From Anthoceros angustus (taxonomy: Eukaryota > Plantae > Anthocerotophyta): a stretch of DNA of 64,000 bases. Below the pieces are notes generated by a model. That model was not told the DNA's origin, searched no databases, and was given only the letters and a program-made list of their open reading frames with translations. Below, one piece after another: positions 35,984-48,800 of the stretch; positions within the stretch are counted from its first letter, which is position 1, and every line of letters starts with the position of its first letter. The position numbers were made by a program, and so were the translations under genes. The stretch is taken from NCBI GenBank assembly GCA_010909165.1, contig MU008150.1, positions 310,001-374,000 of the forward strand. The letters run 5' to 3'.

Positions 35984-36401
35984 TCATGCCGCTGCCGAAC
36001 CGCCTTCTCTAGAGATAACGCGCTCCATGTTCACCACTCGCGTCTGCACCATGTGGAGGGTGTCGCTGAGCGACAGGATTCTCTTGCGGATAGCGCTGAG
36101 CCTACTGGCAGGCTGTGGCAACAAGGGCATGGGCGTCATCTCCAACAGCTTGTCCAATTCTTGTCACAGAAAGGCGCAGTACTGTTACTAACGTCACTAA
36201 CCGGTGATCAAGTAAAAGAGCTGAAACGCGTTTCCAGCGACAAGCACCCCTACCACTGGCCAGACGGTCGATGCTCGCAGCCAGTACAGCTTGGCTCTTG
36301 CAGGCGCCCTCGATGCTGCCTTCCAGATCTCGGATGGCGGGTCCTAACACGGACGCGATTCCTTGTGCCACAGCCTGCGCGCCGTCCTCGGGTTCCCCCA
36401 T
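35984..36401 (-). CDS. SNAPIN: SNAPIN / BLOC-1 subunit 7 homolog, 2 exons (36401-36254 and about 36160-35984)
   Basis: GIASVLGPAIRDLEGSIEGACKSQAVLAASIDRLASELDKLLE...RLSAIRKRILSLSDTLHMVQTRV matches the plant Snapin coiled-coil pattern. Confidence 0.85.
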
Positions 36402-37021
36402 CACCTTGCTTCGTTTCACCCTAGGGGCTGGCGAGGAGATACGAGGTGTAAACTCGCGTTAAAGACCTTGCAATGGATTTCTCTTCTCCAATTGACAATT
36501 CTTGATATAACCAGTTTTTCCCTGCCCTACGCGCCTATTGATCTGCCAGCAGATTTTTGACACATGGCCTCATAGCAGTGTTGAGGAGCATGTGGAAGCA
36601 GCTTGCGTGCTGTAATCGAACAATAGCGATATCGTTCGAGGCAGGAGCTTCGCGTTTCCGGCGGAAGGAAGTGAAACTGAGACTATCCCGGTGCAGCTGG
36701 GGTTCGGGTTTCTACCTCTGGAACTGGAAGTGCAACTGCAGTTTGTGGGTATGTACTTCTTGCGATATTGCCTGGGCGGAATGAGGCTTCAAGCTTCCTT
36801 CCCGGTGTTATGGATAAGAATGTCGCTTTTACACTCCAGTTATGTCGGGGCAGCATCGGCTGATCCACTTCTTCATTCCCTCTCAATACATCTGTCTGCT
36901 GTGCTGGGCAGTGGAGGCGTGATTGTTTGCGGTACGCGGAACCGTCTTGCAGGGAGGCGGTGACTAATGAGCCGTCCCGAATCTTGTAACAACGCGCTCT
37001 CCCACGCTCTGTAGGTTGGTG

Positions 37022-38771
37022 ATGGGCTGCCTGAACTCCAAGCCTGGCACGATCGTGCTGCCTCCCGGCTATGAGGACCCTGCTGTTCTCGCTGGGGAAA
37101 CTGCTTGTGAGTTTGCGCATTCTTGGAGGAAGTAGGCGACGGTAGTTGGGCGTTTGTAGCCACCGTTGGACCTCCGGGCTCACGCATTCCTTCTCCTGCT
37201 GTTTGCAGTCAGTGTTAGTGAGGTTGAGGCTCTGTACGAGCTTTTCAAGAAAATCAGCAACTCTATGATTCACGACGGCCTCATTCACAAGGTCAGTTGG
37301 TTGTCTGGGGTTTGTCTGGGTTCTGCTAGGGCACAGAGAGGTGCTCATGACGTGGGTGCGGGATGTTGAGGCTACCCGTTGCTTTTCTTGCAGGAGGAAT
37401 TTCAGCTGGCTTTGTTTAGGAACAGCAAGAGGGAGAATCTGTTTGCCGATCGGGTATGGGTCATCCTACGGTTCTGCCGCAGAGTCTGTTTGTAGTGAGC
37501 TGTTTTCGAATCTGACTGTGCTTTGCTGCTGAGAATAAGGGAAGGAGTCTGGCACCTGACTTGCGTCTTGCCTCAGCAGGTGTTTGATGTCTTTGACACC
37601 AAGCGGAATGGTGTGATTGAGTTTGGAGAGTTTGTGCGATCCCTCAGTGTCTTCCATCCCAACGCTCCTTTTGAAGACAAAATCAACTGTGAGTTGTGAG
37701 GCGCCAGAGTGGATGAAGTTGTCTAGGTCGTTTTCGGAAGTGACTGAGAGTCTCTCTGTCATCTGTGCAGTTGCCTTTGGACTCTATGACTTGAGACAGA
37801 CTGGATACATCGAACGGGAAGAGGTGTGACGGTTGTACCCTGCTTTCGTCGCCTCTGTTGTCTTTGCTGGCACTCTAGGTTTCTGAGGTGTAGCATGCAT
37901 GATTGAATTGGCATTTTAAACTCCTCATGCACCACATGATGCCGTCCAATGGCTCTGCAGTCACCTTGTTGTGCATGGGTCACGACGCTGACTGAAGCGG
38001 GTGACCTTTTCAGGTTCAACAGATGCTTTTGGCACTTTTGTCAGAGTCTGATATGAAGTTTTCAGATGATGTCATCGAAGCTATCCTGGACAAGGTATGT
38101 ACTAGCTGTTGCTTGCAGTAGCTATGCTTTGCTAAGACACGTGAATGCCTACTTAGGTTGAGACTTGTAATGGCGAGGCGATTCTCTGTGAGCTGTGTGT
38201 TTGCTGGCGGCACTTAGTTGTGTGCCAGTCACTTTCTGCACAGCGTTAGAGATCATGCATACCAGCTTCATCACGTGTTAGTCTAACAGAAATAACGAGG
38301 TACATCACTTGACTAGATATACGACGAAATTTAAGAGGGAAGTGTGTTGAGAACCTGCATACTTCTGTCACATGTGTATTGACATAACGGTTCTGAAGGT
38401 GATGAGGCCCCGTATGCCTGGTGGGATGCCAGTCCCCGCTAGTGCCCTCCCTGCAAACTCTGATTGTAAGAAGCTTGTTTCGTTGTGCCAGACATTTGCA
38501 GAAGCCAACACAAAGTGTGAAGGCAGGATAGACAAGGAAGAGTGGGTCGGCCTTGTGATGAAAAATCCAGGGCTCATGAAAAACATGACCCTCCCTTATC
38601 TCAAGTAAGTGTTCTCACACACATGGCCACTGGTGCTAACTCTCGTGCCCACTAAAGCTTGGTTTTTGGTGGAGAGGCATTCATTTGCGTGTTGCAATGT
38701 GTTGACACAGGGACATCACAACCACTTTCCCAAGCTTTGTTTTCAACTCGGAAGTGGAAGAGATTGTTTGA
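37022..38771 (+). CDS. CBL: Calcineurin B-like calcium sensor, canonical (CBL-a), 8 exons
   Basis: MGCLNSK myristoylation/S-acylation motif, [73 protein letters not shown]; typical CBL intron positions. Confidence 0.97.
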
Positions 38772-41009
38772 AACTTCCAGTGCAAGCACGTTTTCAAGCG
38801 CTGTATGCATTACGAAGTTCAAGAAGTATTCACAGTTGCTTTCAAATGGTAGGTACTTTGGCCATGCGTTGTCTTCTTGTGACTCATGTTGGCATGGCCT
38901 CGCGTGGCAGCTAGCAGATTAGGAAGTGTGCCACAGTCAACTAAGTCATTAAATTCGTTAGATTCCAGATTGCTGTGGTTGTCAACCTAGAACTGCGTCC
39001 TGAATTCTGTCGATAGCCTGAGTCGCTGGCAACGCGTTATACCCAGGTTTGATAGGAAACCTTATAGTGGAGATGATAGATGAATGTGGTTTCTGTTCAC
39101 CACTTGTATAGTGAAGGCGTGTGAGATCGATCATGCATGCTGAACCAGTTGCCTGGAGAGAAACAACTGAACGTTCTCGTGAATCCATCTGCAATCTTGG
39201 GGGCTGTGAAGGGAACCTGGGGGGAGGCCACCCATCCTTCTTGTGATGTGGAAGCTCATGGCAGTACCGGCGGTCGTTTGTGATGATCCAGGGTAGTAAG
39301 TTGTACAACGGGACCGTTTTTTTATAGGGGACAACACTACACGTGGTTTTCAGTGGAGAAAGTGGGCAGGCATCGCCCTCGCAGCTAGTGTCCAAACCGT
39401 CTTATGAGTAGCGTGAATTTGAATATTCAAAGGATAGATTTCTCTCTCGAACTCGCCAGAGTCTGTCCTGTCCTGCCCCTTGACTCTCCCTTCCCTTTGT
39501 TTTTTGTATCATGCATTTGTCACCGTGTTGGGTGATGTGAATCACAGTCGCATGTATTTTGCCTTGCTCTGTTGCTACAGGCAGAAGGGTGAACCTAGGA
39601 GGAGGTTGACGAGCAGTTCCATCCTTTTCCCGAAGAGGTTGCAATATCAAGTAAGTTGCGGGAGATGTGGACGGGGAGGAAAATGGGTATGTGTTCTTCC
39701 GTAGATGCTGCTACTGGAGCCTGGATCTAAGAGTGGGTGTACTGTTGATGGTCTGAGGCATGGCAATATTACTGGTACCCGGTATATTATGGACCTTGTG
39801 TTTTGAAGTGGTCACGCTTGCGTAGACATTGAGGTCCAGCTTGCGGTTCTGGTAATTTGGCCAGGTGATGTGGTGAAGTTGCTGTCCATTAGAGACGCTT
39901 TAGCATCGCTGAAACTGCCATCCATGGATGTCTCTCGACCTGTGGACAGTCAATCCGGCATGACAACAGATGTTTTCTGCAGACTGTTTGTTTTCGTTGC
40001 ACATGTTGCTATTTAGAGGTTGCAAATCGTCTATGCGATGGACGCAGCTTAATCTGGTATTACCTTTACTTTACGAACTTTACAGCGCCTCTGGCTGCTC
40101 TCTCGTGGTTGAAACACGCTCTAAATGTGCCCAACTGGGGATGAAGGATCGGTTTCTCTGATGACCGTAATCAGCTCTGCCTTCTAATTTAGCATTCATT
40201 AACAGAATTTGTGATTAATTTTAATTTTATAGAGCAGGTGCTTTCTGGCTCAGGTTCGGTGTATAGAGAGATTAATTGTACCCACTCCCTGATCCACCTT
40301 CTCTACCACCTCCGTTTGAAGTTGCAGCCTATCCGAGACACGGAGAGCCTATTTCTCGCCATGGTTTCACCCAGCTGCAGAATGGAAGTGCCCACGATGG
40401 TGATTCAGATACCCAGCTACGACCGTAACTTTATATTACCCAGGTCGGAGCGCGCCATAAATCATGATGCAAAACGAAAGGACAAGGGAGTCCGTCCGCA
40501 AGGCAGGCGCTCGTAGGTTCTAGAGCCTTCCCAACCCTAGCTGCCACGAAGATACATGCTCACTTAGTTATACTATGTGTGCTATACTCTGCAATAACCA
40601 CGATGGTATTTATCGACAACTTGACTGCCTGGATCATCCCATACATCTCCAGCTTGACAGCCTGGATCATCACAAACACGTCCGCTTTGATGTTGTTGTA
40701 CATCACAATACATATCGAGAGATTGCGTGCTTAACTTCCCAAAATCTCCTTATAATAGGAAATCGGGACATTAGATTAAAAGATTCTCTACGGCCTTTTG
40801 CTGCTGTTCTGATATGAGCTTCTCCTCGTGATCTTCCTGTCTCTCGGGTTTTTCCTAGCCTTATTACATAATATATCCAGCTCCTTTTACTAAAAAAGTA
40901 TCATGACAAAAATTTGTCCTTAGTGGACTTAAATAAAATTCTTCTTCTCCATCATAGCACGTGCTTATTCATACGTCCCAACATTTCAGATTGGTTGTAT
41001 TCAATTGGT

Positions 41010-41168
41010 TATCTCTATTAGAAGATTTATTTAACAAGCATATTAATTGGTCTCAAGATCTTAACAAGAAAGGAAAGTTGAAAACTACTTCTCTAGCAGA
41101 AGATTTAACAAGCATATTAATTGGTCTCAAGATCTTAACATTGAAAGGAAAGTTGAATACTACTTCTT
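41010..41168 (+). repeat. ~75 bp two-copy tandem repeat in an AT-rich insert
   Basis: agaagattt..aacaagcatattaattggtctcaagatcttaaca..gaaaggaaagttgaa..ctacttct occurs twice. Confidence 0.9.
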
Positions 41169-42299
41169 TGGGATTTAACACCAGAAAGGCTAAGAGCTCA
41201 AAATGAGACCTCCTAACCACTCGCCATACTTTTCCAATGAGAGGACTCATGAATAAATTCTAAAACTTGTATACAACTCCTTCTTTGTTGTGGGCATAGA
41301 GACGAACTTTGTCTCCATACCCATATTTTCTAATCTACCATTTTATGTCGTGCTGGTTTTGGAAACAACCCCACGCTTTTCACAACCGATAACCCATCAT
41401 ACCCGCATACCGCACCAGCCAAGATTAGGGGCCTACACGAAACAAACTATCTCGCTATGGAATTTGGTGGTTCCAACAATGCTTGAATATGCCCTTCTCA
41501 CATGCCTGAAACCAAGGCGCTAAGCCAATGGCAACAAGGGTCGTTGGTGACTTGACGGATGAGCATTTGGTACCTTGTCCTTGTGCACCTATGAGGAGGC
41601 ACATGATCTGACCTCTCTTTGTCATCTCCGCGTTTTTACATGTGACCATAAAAGTAAAGGAGGAAAACATTTCCTACCGATTTCCTACTGTTTTGGCAAT
41701 GCAAGCTGCCAAGTTTCTTGAGAGTGTGTAGAGTGGGTGAAGTGCAATAGGATGCTTAGCTGCAAAATCGATGACAAGAAAGTTGCAATCTAGAAGTAGA
41801 ACCGGAGCTAATGTTCCAATTGGCATGGCTTACCCTTTCAAAGAGGATTGATGAACAAGGTAGCTTAGTGGATTGTGCCGGAACTGAAAAATATTAAATT
41901 TTGATATATTTAAAATCATTTACATAAATATAATTAAATAATATATATTATTAGTAAGAATAAATATCTTTTTATGATATGTAAATTGATTTTGTATCAA
42001 TTATGATATTCTACAATATGGTAAACGATCACCATGACACAACATCGGTGGCTTTGAGTTTCTCGGTGTGAAACCCCTAATATTATATCGACTAATGAGA
42101 CAAGAATGGGGACAATGTGGAGCCATCTAAGTATTATACCCCACTATTGATATGAGAATGTGGACAGTTCATTGTGAACCACCGGGCCTATCATAGAATG
42201 GCTTCCACGGACTCCAAACAGCTAGAGTAATAACACTGGTGAAATAAGGTAGAAAGATGAAAAGTTGAAAGAGGTAAAAAGTTAAGTTAGTTGCTGCCC

Positions 42300-42945
42300 T
42301 GTTAAGAAGATGCATGTGTTGCATGCTTCATGCAATCTCCCGTTAGAGGAATTGCTATAGCCACAAATGAAGAGTTACCTAGAGAGGACTCTTAGTGATC
42401 AGTGGTCTGTAAGAATCCCTAGATTTAGCAGCTGCCTAGTTGAGGTCAGGCTGGGGGATATATAAGGGCTAGAGCAAGGGCTTTGAGGAACAAGTGGGAC
42501 TCACTCTTTGAGAGGGCAGGCAGGTGTATGTTGCAAGCCTTGTGTTGAGAGAGCTGTGGAGAGCTAGCTAGTGAGCTTGTCGTGTAATCTAGGGCAATAG
42601 ACAGTTGGGCGTAGATAGCCAGATTCCATCGTTGTATTCTTGCAATAAATAGCCAGATTCCATCGTTGTATTCTTGCAATAAACATCGTTGTATTCTTGC
42701 AATAAACATCGTTGTATTCTTGCAATAAACCTCGTTGTATTCTTGCAATAAACCTCGTTGTATTCTTGCAATAAACCTCGTTGTATTCTTGCAATAAACA
42801 TCGTTGTATTCTTGCAATAAACATCATTGTATTCTTGCAATAAACCTCGTTGTATTCTTGCAATAAACATCGTTGTATTCTTGCAATAAAGAGCAGCACC
42901 TCGAGGAGGTGTCCTGCGAGTCGTCTGTGGACGGCGGGCTACTTG
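42300..42945 (+). mobile_element. Solo-LTR-like fragment
   Basis: Starts TGTTAAG, TATA-like gatatataaggg at about 42455, then an amplified AATAAA region. No TSD identified. Confidence 0.45.
42627..42890 (+). repeat. 23-bp minisatellite C(A/C)TCGTTGTATTCTTGCAATAAA, 11 units
   Basis: One unit, an 11-bp interruption (tagccagattc, copied from just upstream), then 10 contiguous units with no spacers. Confidence 0.97.
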
Positions 42946-43757
42946 GAGTCTAATATTGTGTTGTGAGGTTGAGAATACAAGTATCTTGTGGAGTGAATTG
43001 ATGAGGTCCTAGACTGCTGGGAAGCCAGCACTTGTCGCTTCCTTACTAGCTGCACAGTGAGGGGTGTTACTTCTAGGGCAGAAATGTGTGAACCAGAAAA
43101 CGAAATAAGTAGAGATAGTGCGACAAACGGCCTCCTACGGTGTCCTATTTCCTGATTCATATTAGTAGTGGGATAAGCAGAGTTTCCCCAGCGAGCACAG
43201 TCCAGTTCACTTATGCGATTCTACCAAGCAACCACAACCCAAACGAACTCCACTGGCCAACAAACACCCTGCATCTCATATGCCTTCACCCATGATGTGC
43301 CAGCCTGTTATCCCATCAACGTGTGTGATGCATGGGCCGTAGGACCAACAATAGGACTCCTTGGCTGTAGGGGCAATGGGCTGAATTCTCACTGTTTCAA
43401 GATTCAGGTGAAGAGGACTTGTCCAACAGTTTCCAAGGTCAAGTCCTGTCTTCCCGCGCAACGTGCGAGGGTCCAGGCAGCTGGCTCCCTTTCTTTTAGC
43501 AGGGTTGTGTTACTTTGGAGCCCATGTTGGAGTGTACCTGTTCACTTAGGCTATGGGCGCCCCCTTTTCCGATGCATACATGGCTAATCGGTGCAATGGC
43601 TGACGCCGGTGGCATTCTCGCAAAATCCATCACCCATGCACGGCGTTGTACGCAGATTGAGGGTGGAGGGCGTGGCAATTATTGACAAACCGGCCTGTTG
43701 GCCAATTTTGCCGTGGAGTGCGCATCTATCTCCCGCTGTGAGATTGGAATTGCGGTC

Positions 43758-45666
43758 ATGGGAGCCTCTTGTAGCGCCGCGCCTGGTGGATTGGGATGCA
43801 AGTCTCCCGAGCAGCATGCAAGCTATGAGAATGCAAAAGCTCTCGCTGAGACAACTTGTTGTAAGTTTGTCGATGGTTTGTGGAAGACGACGACTTGAAT
43901 TGTTTCTTCCATGTCTCCTTCTCCTGCATTCCTGCGCATTCAATTCATTGCGCGCGCTGCCTACAGTTAGTGTGAGTGAAGTTGAGGCCCTATACGAGCT
44001 CTTCAAGAAAGTGTGCCCTTCCCTCGGGGTCGACGATCTCATCCACAGGGTGAGTCGTACCTTTTTTTTATGGGGTTGCTTAGGACAGGAAAGTTCTCTC
44101 TAGATGGATGCGTGGCTCTTCCGAGAGAAGTTTTCAGGGAGTGTGGATGCGCAGGATGCTTTCAGGGCGGCTCTGTTCGTTACCCGACCTATGCCGGATG
44201 GAAAGAGGCGCGCGCTAAAGAGAAACGTGCTTGCGGAGAGGGTATTGTTGGTCCATTGTAGTGCAGCCCTGTACTGTAGACATTTCTAGAGAGTCATTTT
44301 GTGATGCTTCATAACCTTCTGTTGAAGTCGCCTCATTGCTGGCGATAGTGCTACAGAATTGACCTCTGTACAGATATTTGACGCCTTTGACGCCCATCGA
44401 CAAGGTGGGATTGGATTTCCGGAATTTGTGCGCTGCCTCAGTGTGTTTCATCCCGATGCTCCTATTGAAGACAAAATCGCTTGTAAGTTTCAACAGACTT
44501 CTGCAATAGTCGGATGAAGTAGCTGTTTTTCAGCAGATCTGATTTCGGCTATCATCACGCAGTTTCATTTGGACTATACGATCCCAACAGACTTGGCTAC
44601 ATCGATCGCGCACAGGTTTAAGATCCCTTTCCCTTGCTGTAGAGCTTTGCACAATGCCAGGCAACCAGGTGTTTGCCTTTGTGTTTTTCAAAAACTGAGG
44701 TAGCTCTAGGTTACTGATTGTGTCAATCTTTTGCAGGGATGCATTTCTGTAGGCATGCACACCACTCAGCGATTCCTTACCTTGTTCTAGCATGATTTTA
44801 TGCCATGGTGGTTTTCTCCTTTCAGGTCAAGGAAATGCTCGTGGCGGCATTGGCAGAACCTTGTTCTAGCATGATTTTATGCCATGGTGGTTTTCTCCTT
44901 TCAGGTCAAGGAAATGCTCGTGGCGGCATTGGCAGAAACTGGCATGAAGTTTTCCAATGATGTTCTGGAATCCATTCTTGATTCGGTAAGGGATTAACTT
45001 CTACTCAAGAATATCTTTGCACTTAAGCTTTGTAATCAGCGCCATTTCTCACCTGCTCACGCCTTGTGCACTTTCAGCATCTTTGTCGTGATCACACCCC
45101 TGTTTCCTGACAGCGGTAAGTTGCGTTCGGCAAAGTTTCTGCACAGCATTACAAACGATGCATAACAGCTTGGCCACCTGCGAATCTGCAAGGCTGAACT
45201 AGAGGTACTGTTACCATAGCTATGGTTCTGCAAATCTGCTGAAGACTGGGTAACCCAGATTTGAGCCAAGGGACATCGTACCCCGTATCATTGCTTGAGC
45301 ATAGGTGGACAGACAGATTGTGAACTACTTTTCCAACTGTGACATATCCTGGCTTCGTTTGTCCCAGACTTTTGCAGAAGCCCGACCAAAGAATAAAGGC
45401 AAGATAGACAAGGAAGAGTGGGCTGCTCTTGTCACGAAAAACCCGGCCTTCCTCAAAAATATGACCCTACCCCAACTCCAGTGAGCGTCCTGTTCCTCAT
45501 GCCCCACCATTTATGCCCCGAAATTTTGCGCTTTGAACCCACTGCATTACCAAATCGTCGTTCTTTCATGTGCAGGGAGATAACAAGAACGTTTCCGGAC
45601 TTCGTATTCTACTCTCAGATTGACGAAAACGATACGATCTTAAAACCAAAACGCAAACTGAAGTAG
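43758..45666 (+). CDS. CBL: Divergent calcineurin B-like paralog (CBL-b), 8 exons
   Basis: MGASCS N-terminus, [63 protein letters not shown]. Same exon phases as CBL-a; exon 3 is 87 nt versus 60 nt. Confidence 0.93.
44790..44940 (+). repeat. Exact short tandem duplication spanning an intron acceptor and exon start of CBL-b
   Basis: cttgttctagcatgatttt...ttcaggtcaaggaaatgctcgtggcggcattggcagaa occurs twice, identically. Confidence 0.95.
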
Positions 45667-45878
45667 TGACATTATTTACAGATTCTAGCTTGTTAATGTA
45701 CACCGGGACGGTCATCCTCGGAAATAACCCGGTCGCCTGGTCGTGAATACATGTTCGCCAGGACATTCCAGGCATGTAATGTAATTTCCCGGCTGGAGCC
45801 ATCGTGACTACGTATTCGCCAGGAGATTCCAGGCATGGAGTGTCATTCCCCAACTGCCCAGGCAGCTGCCAACCTTCA

Positions 45879-48800
45879 TTACCCAGAGTAAAATGCTCGA
45901 CTACCTAGAAACGCCGAACCGTTACCAGTGAGCTCGATAAGAGGAGGCCGTGAACCCACCGGTGAAGACAAAAGTGAGTGCATGCGCTGATCCCCAGAGA
46001 AAGGGCTGACAGTCGTGGACGACCTGTCCTTTCCGGGATGTAGAGGACTCCGCCCGATGAAGTGCCTGCGAATGTCATCCAGAAAGGAGCTCTCACTCTT
46101 CTTCTCCTTCCAAGGCTTCCTCTCCATGTCCTGAGTTGAACTAGGCCTTGTTTTGTTTTCATGACTTCTGTCAGGAGTTGGCTGGGGAGAAGGGACCTGC
46201 TTCATATGGCCAGGGGAGTTGCGAACCAAAAACTGTTTCTGGATTCCGTTTAGAAACGAGACTCTATTCTTTGGCACCGAACTGTCCCTCTGTCCCTGTA
46301 GATTCTGCGGAACTCCGGAGTCTGCAAAATCAGAAGGTAGGCCGCGGTCGTCACCAGCAAGATCCTCACCCATATTTCGTCCTTTCTGCTCGGAATTTTT
46401 CACTGTGGTTTTTCTGCGCAGCTTGCCAGGGAAAAGAGACTGAAAGGTGGGTATCGCGGTCTTGACTTTCTCTGCCGGTAGATGTCTTTTCACCGTCAGA
46501 TCTTCCGGCCTGATTTCGGCACCTCTGTTCGAAGTACCGTCCAGAGTCTTCCTGCCGGGCAGCTGATGCTTCCAAGGTGCAGCATGTGTGTTCTTGCTGC
46601 CGGCTGGGGACACCCTTTGCTGCACCTGTTGCTCCGTGGGCAGCTGATACTTCCTCCTAGTTTTGCTCGTCTCCTTCGTACCCGACTCTGGCCAATCGTC
46701 CACCATGTTCACTGTCCAGCCATTGCTGTCCTCTTCGGCGCTTTCGAACGCAGAGTCTGAATCACTGCTCGGTTCGACACTGGCAAATTCACTGCGGTCT
46801 TCATCTGCATCCCACGAACCTCCTCCAAAACGTCTGTCCTTAAGATTGTTCCTCTGAGAGCGCTGGCTGCTGAGATGTCTCAATCGATCCCGAGATAGTC
46901 GTCTCGACCTGGGCATCTCAGAATCTCCTCTGTCGGGAAGTCTCTTGTAGGGTGAGTCAGCATCGGCACCCCTCATAAGGTAAGGGTCAGAGCCCTGTCT
47001 CATAGGGCCGGAATAGCTCATGACTGCATCTACCCTCTTGGCAGGCTTGCGAGAGTTGGTAGGCCTAGGCGGGCATCTCACCTTTCCCATTTCGCTGACA
47101 TTTCCGTCCGTCTCCCTTGCTCTGGGGGTTGCATACGTGCTACGTGAATCTTTGCTGCTAGAAGTCTTAATACGGCCCACCAGATTGTCGGGTTGACGCA
47201 GTTTCAATGGTCCAGAGTTGCTCATATCGATGCTGCCGTCGAGCTTCTGCCATTCCGTCGGCTCCAGCGTTTTGACTCTGACTTCCGTGCCTGGAGCAGT
47301 ACATTCCCCGCCTTCATGGTCACCAGCTGCCTGAGACAAGTATTGAGAAAGCTCAACTGTGTCCAAATCTTTGTACAAGCCAGCAGTGCGCCGATGCCTT
47401 GAGAAGCCCATGGGAGCAACCTTCCTGTCCATGCCCGCGTCACATTTGTATCTGGGAGTGTCGAGTAAAGGAGGGCTCAGTTTAGACGGAATGTTGACTG
47501 GCCGGGGACTCCGCAGCTCTCCCTGTAGCACAGATGTCTTCCGAGACTTGGGTGACTCATTGGAGGCTTGTCGGGGCCCTCCTGTCTGGCGAAGCCTGGT
47601 GCCAGCCTCAAGCAGTCTACTTTGCTCGATTGCATGGCGACCCTTGACCTGCTCTACCGTTGCTCTTAGATGCGACATGCCTGACTCCAAATCCCGGACT
47701 TTCTGCTCAGCAGTCTCAGTTCTGGACTTCCACTCGTCTATCCGATCAGCAGTGGCTCTTAATTCAAGAAGGGTTGACTCCAGCTCACAGACTCTCTGCT
47801 CGGCCACTGTGGCTCGTGATTCCCACTCAGCATGTTGTGTCGCGGTGGCTCTCATACTGTCAAGGCAGGACTCCAATTCAGACACTTTCTGCTCGGCTGT
47901 TTGGGCTCTCGATTGAGACGAGGACACCTGGTGATTCCGAGTGGTTAGAATAATCCAGGCATCACAGTAGAGGCGGACGATTCCAACGAAACTCGGAAAG
48001 GAGCCAAACTGACCTCGGTTTGAAGGGAATTTGACAGAGTCTCAGCACGTAAAGCACGATCTTCCCATTCGGCGCAGGATTCTGACAGGTTGCGCATGTC
48101 TTCGGATACATGGTGCAAGATTTCCTGAACTTGACACCACTGTTCATTTTCTTGATGGAATTGCTTCACGATGTTTCGGATAGCAGCCATAGCCCGTTCT
48201 TCAGCCCTTCTTTCATGGTCTGAAAACCCACATTCAGCCTGTTCAACGGCATGTTGTCGGGGTTCTCGGGTTGATGGTTCCTGGGGGCACGACGGGTGCA
48301 AATATCAGACAACACTGGAGATTTTAACCAGGATACCAATGGTGAAAAGGTGAGGTTCAAAGGGCGCGTACCTGGTCACTCGTGCACAGCCTTGAAGAGT
48401 CTCGATACAGAAATCTAGCTTCATGCGGCTTGATATTCTGAGGATCAGGTTGAGCACTTTCGCGATCATCGCGTCCTTCAAAGGCAGGTGCATCCATCTA
48501 GCGGACGTTTCATCTCCTCAGTTCATTTCATCATGCTAACGAACTATGCCTCACAAGCAAACGTTCACTCTACCCCGACTGAAAACGAAAATGCTCACCT
48601 CACAAATGCTGCCACTCTCGCCGGCAAGTCCTCTGCCACTGATCTCCATCAACTTGTCGATACTGCTAGCGATGTCTAGCTTTAACGCAAATTTAACAGA
48701 CCGCCTGTGCGCTTCACCAGCGTTCTGCGGGAACATCAAGAGATAAAGAAGGCAGGTCTCGCTGTCAAGCCACTGATGCACAACCCACCTCCAAGAGACA

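Noticed and set aside
38982-39960. Possible minus-strand gene between the two CBLs
   Set aside because: Splice-like sites exist, but no consistent open frame or recognisable domain could be built.
42627-42890. Possible CRISPR array (23-bp repeats)
   Set aside because: The repeats are contiguous with no unique spacers, there are no cas genes, and the context is eukaryotic; it is a minisatellite.
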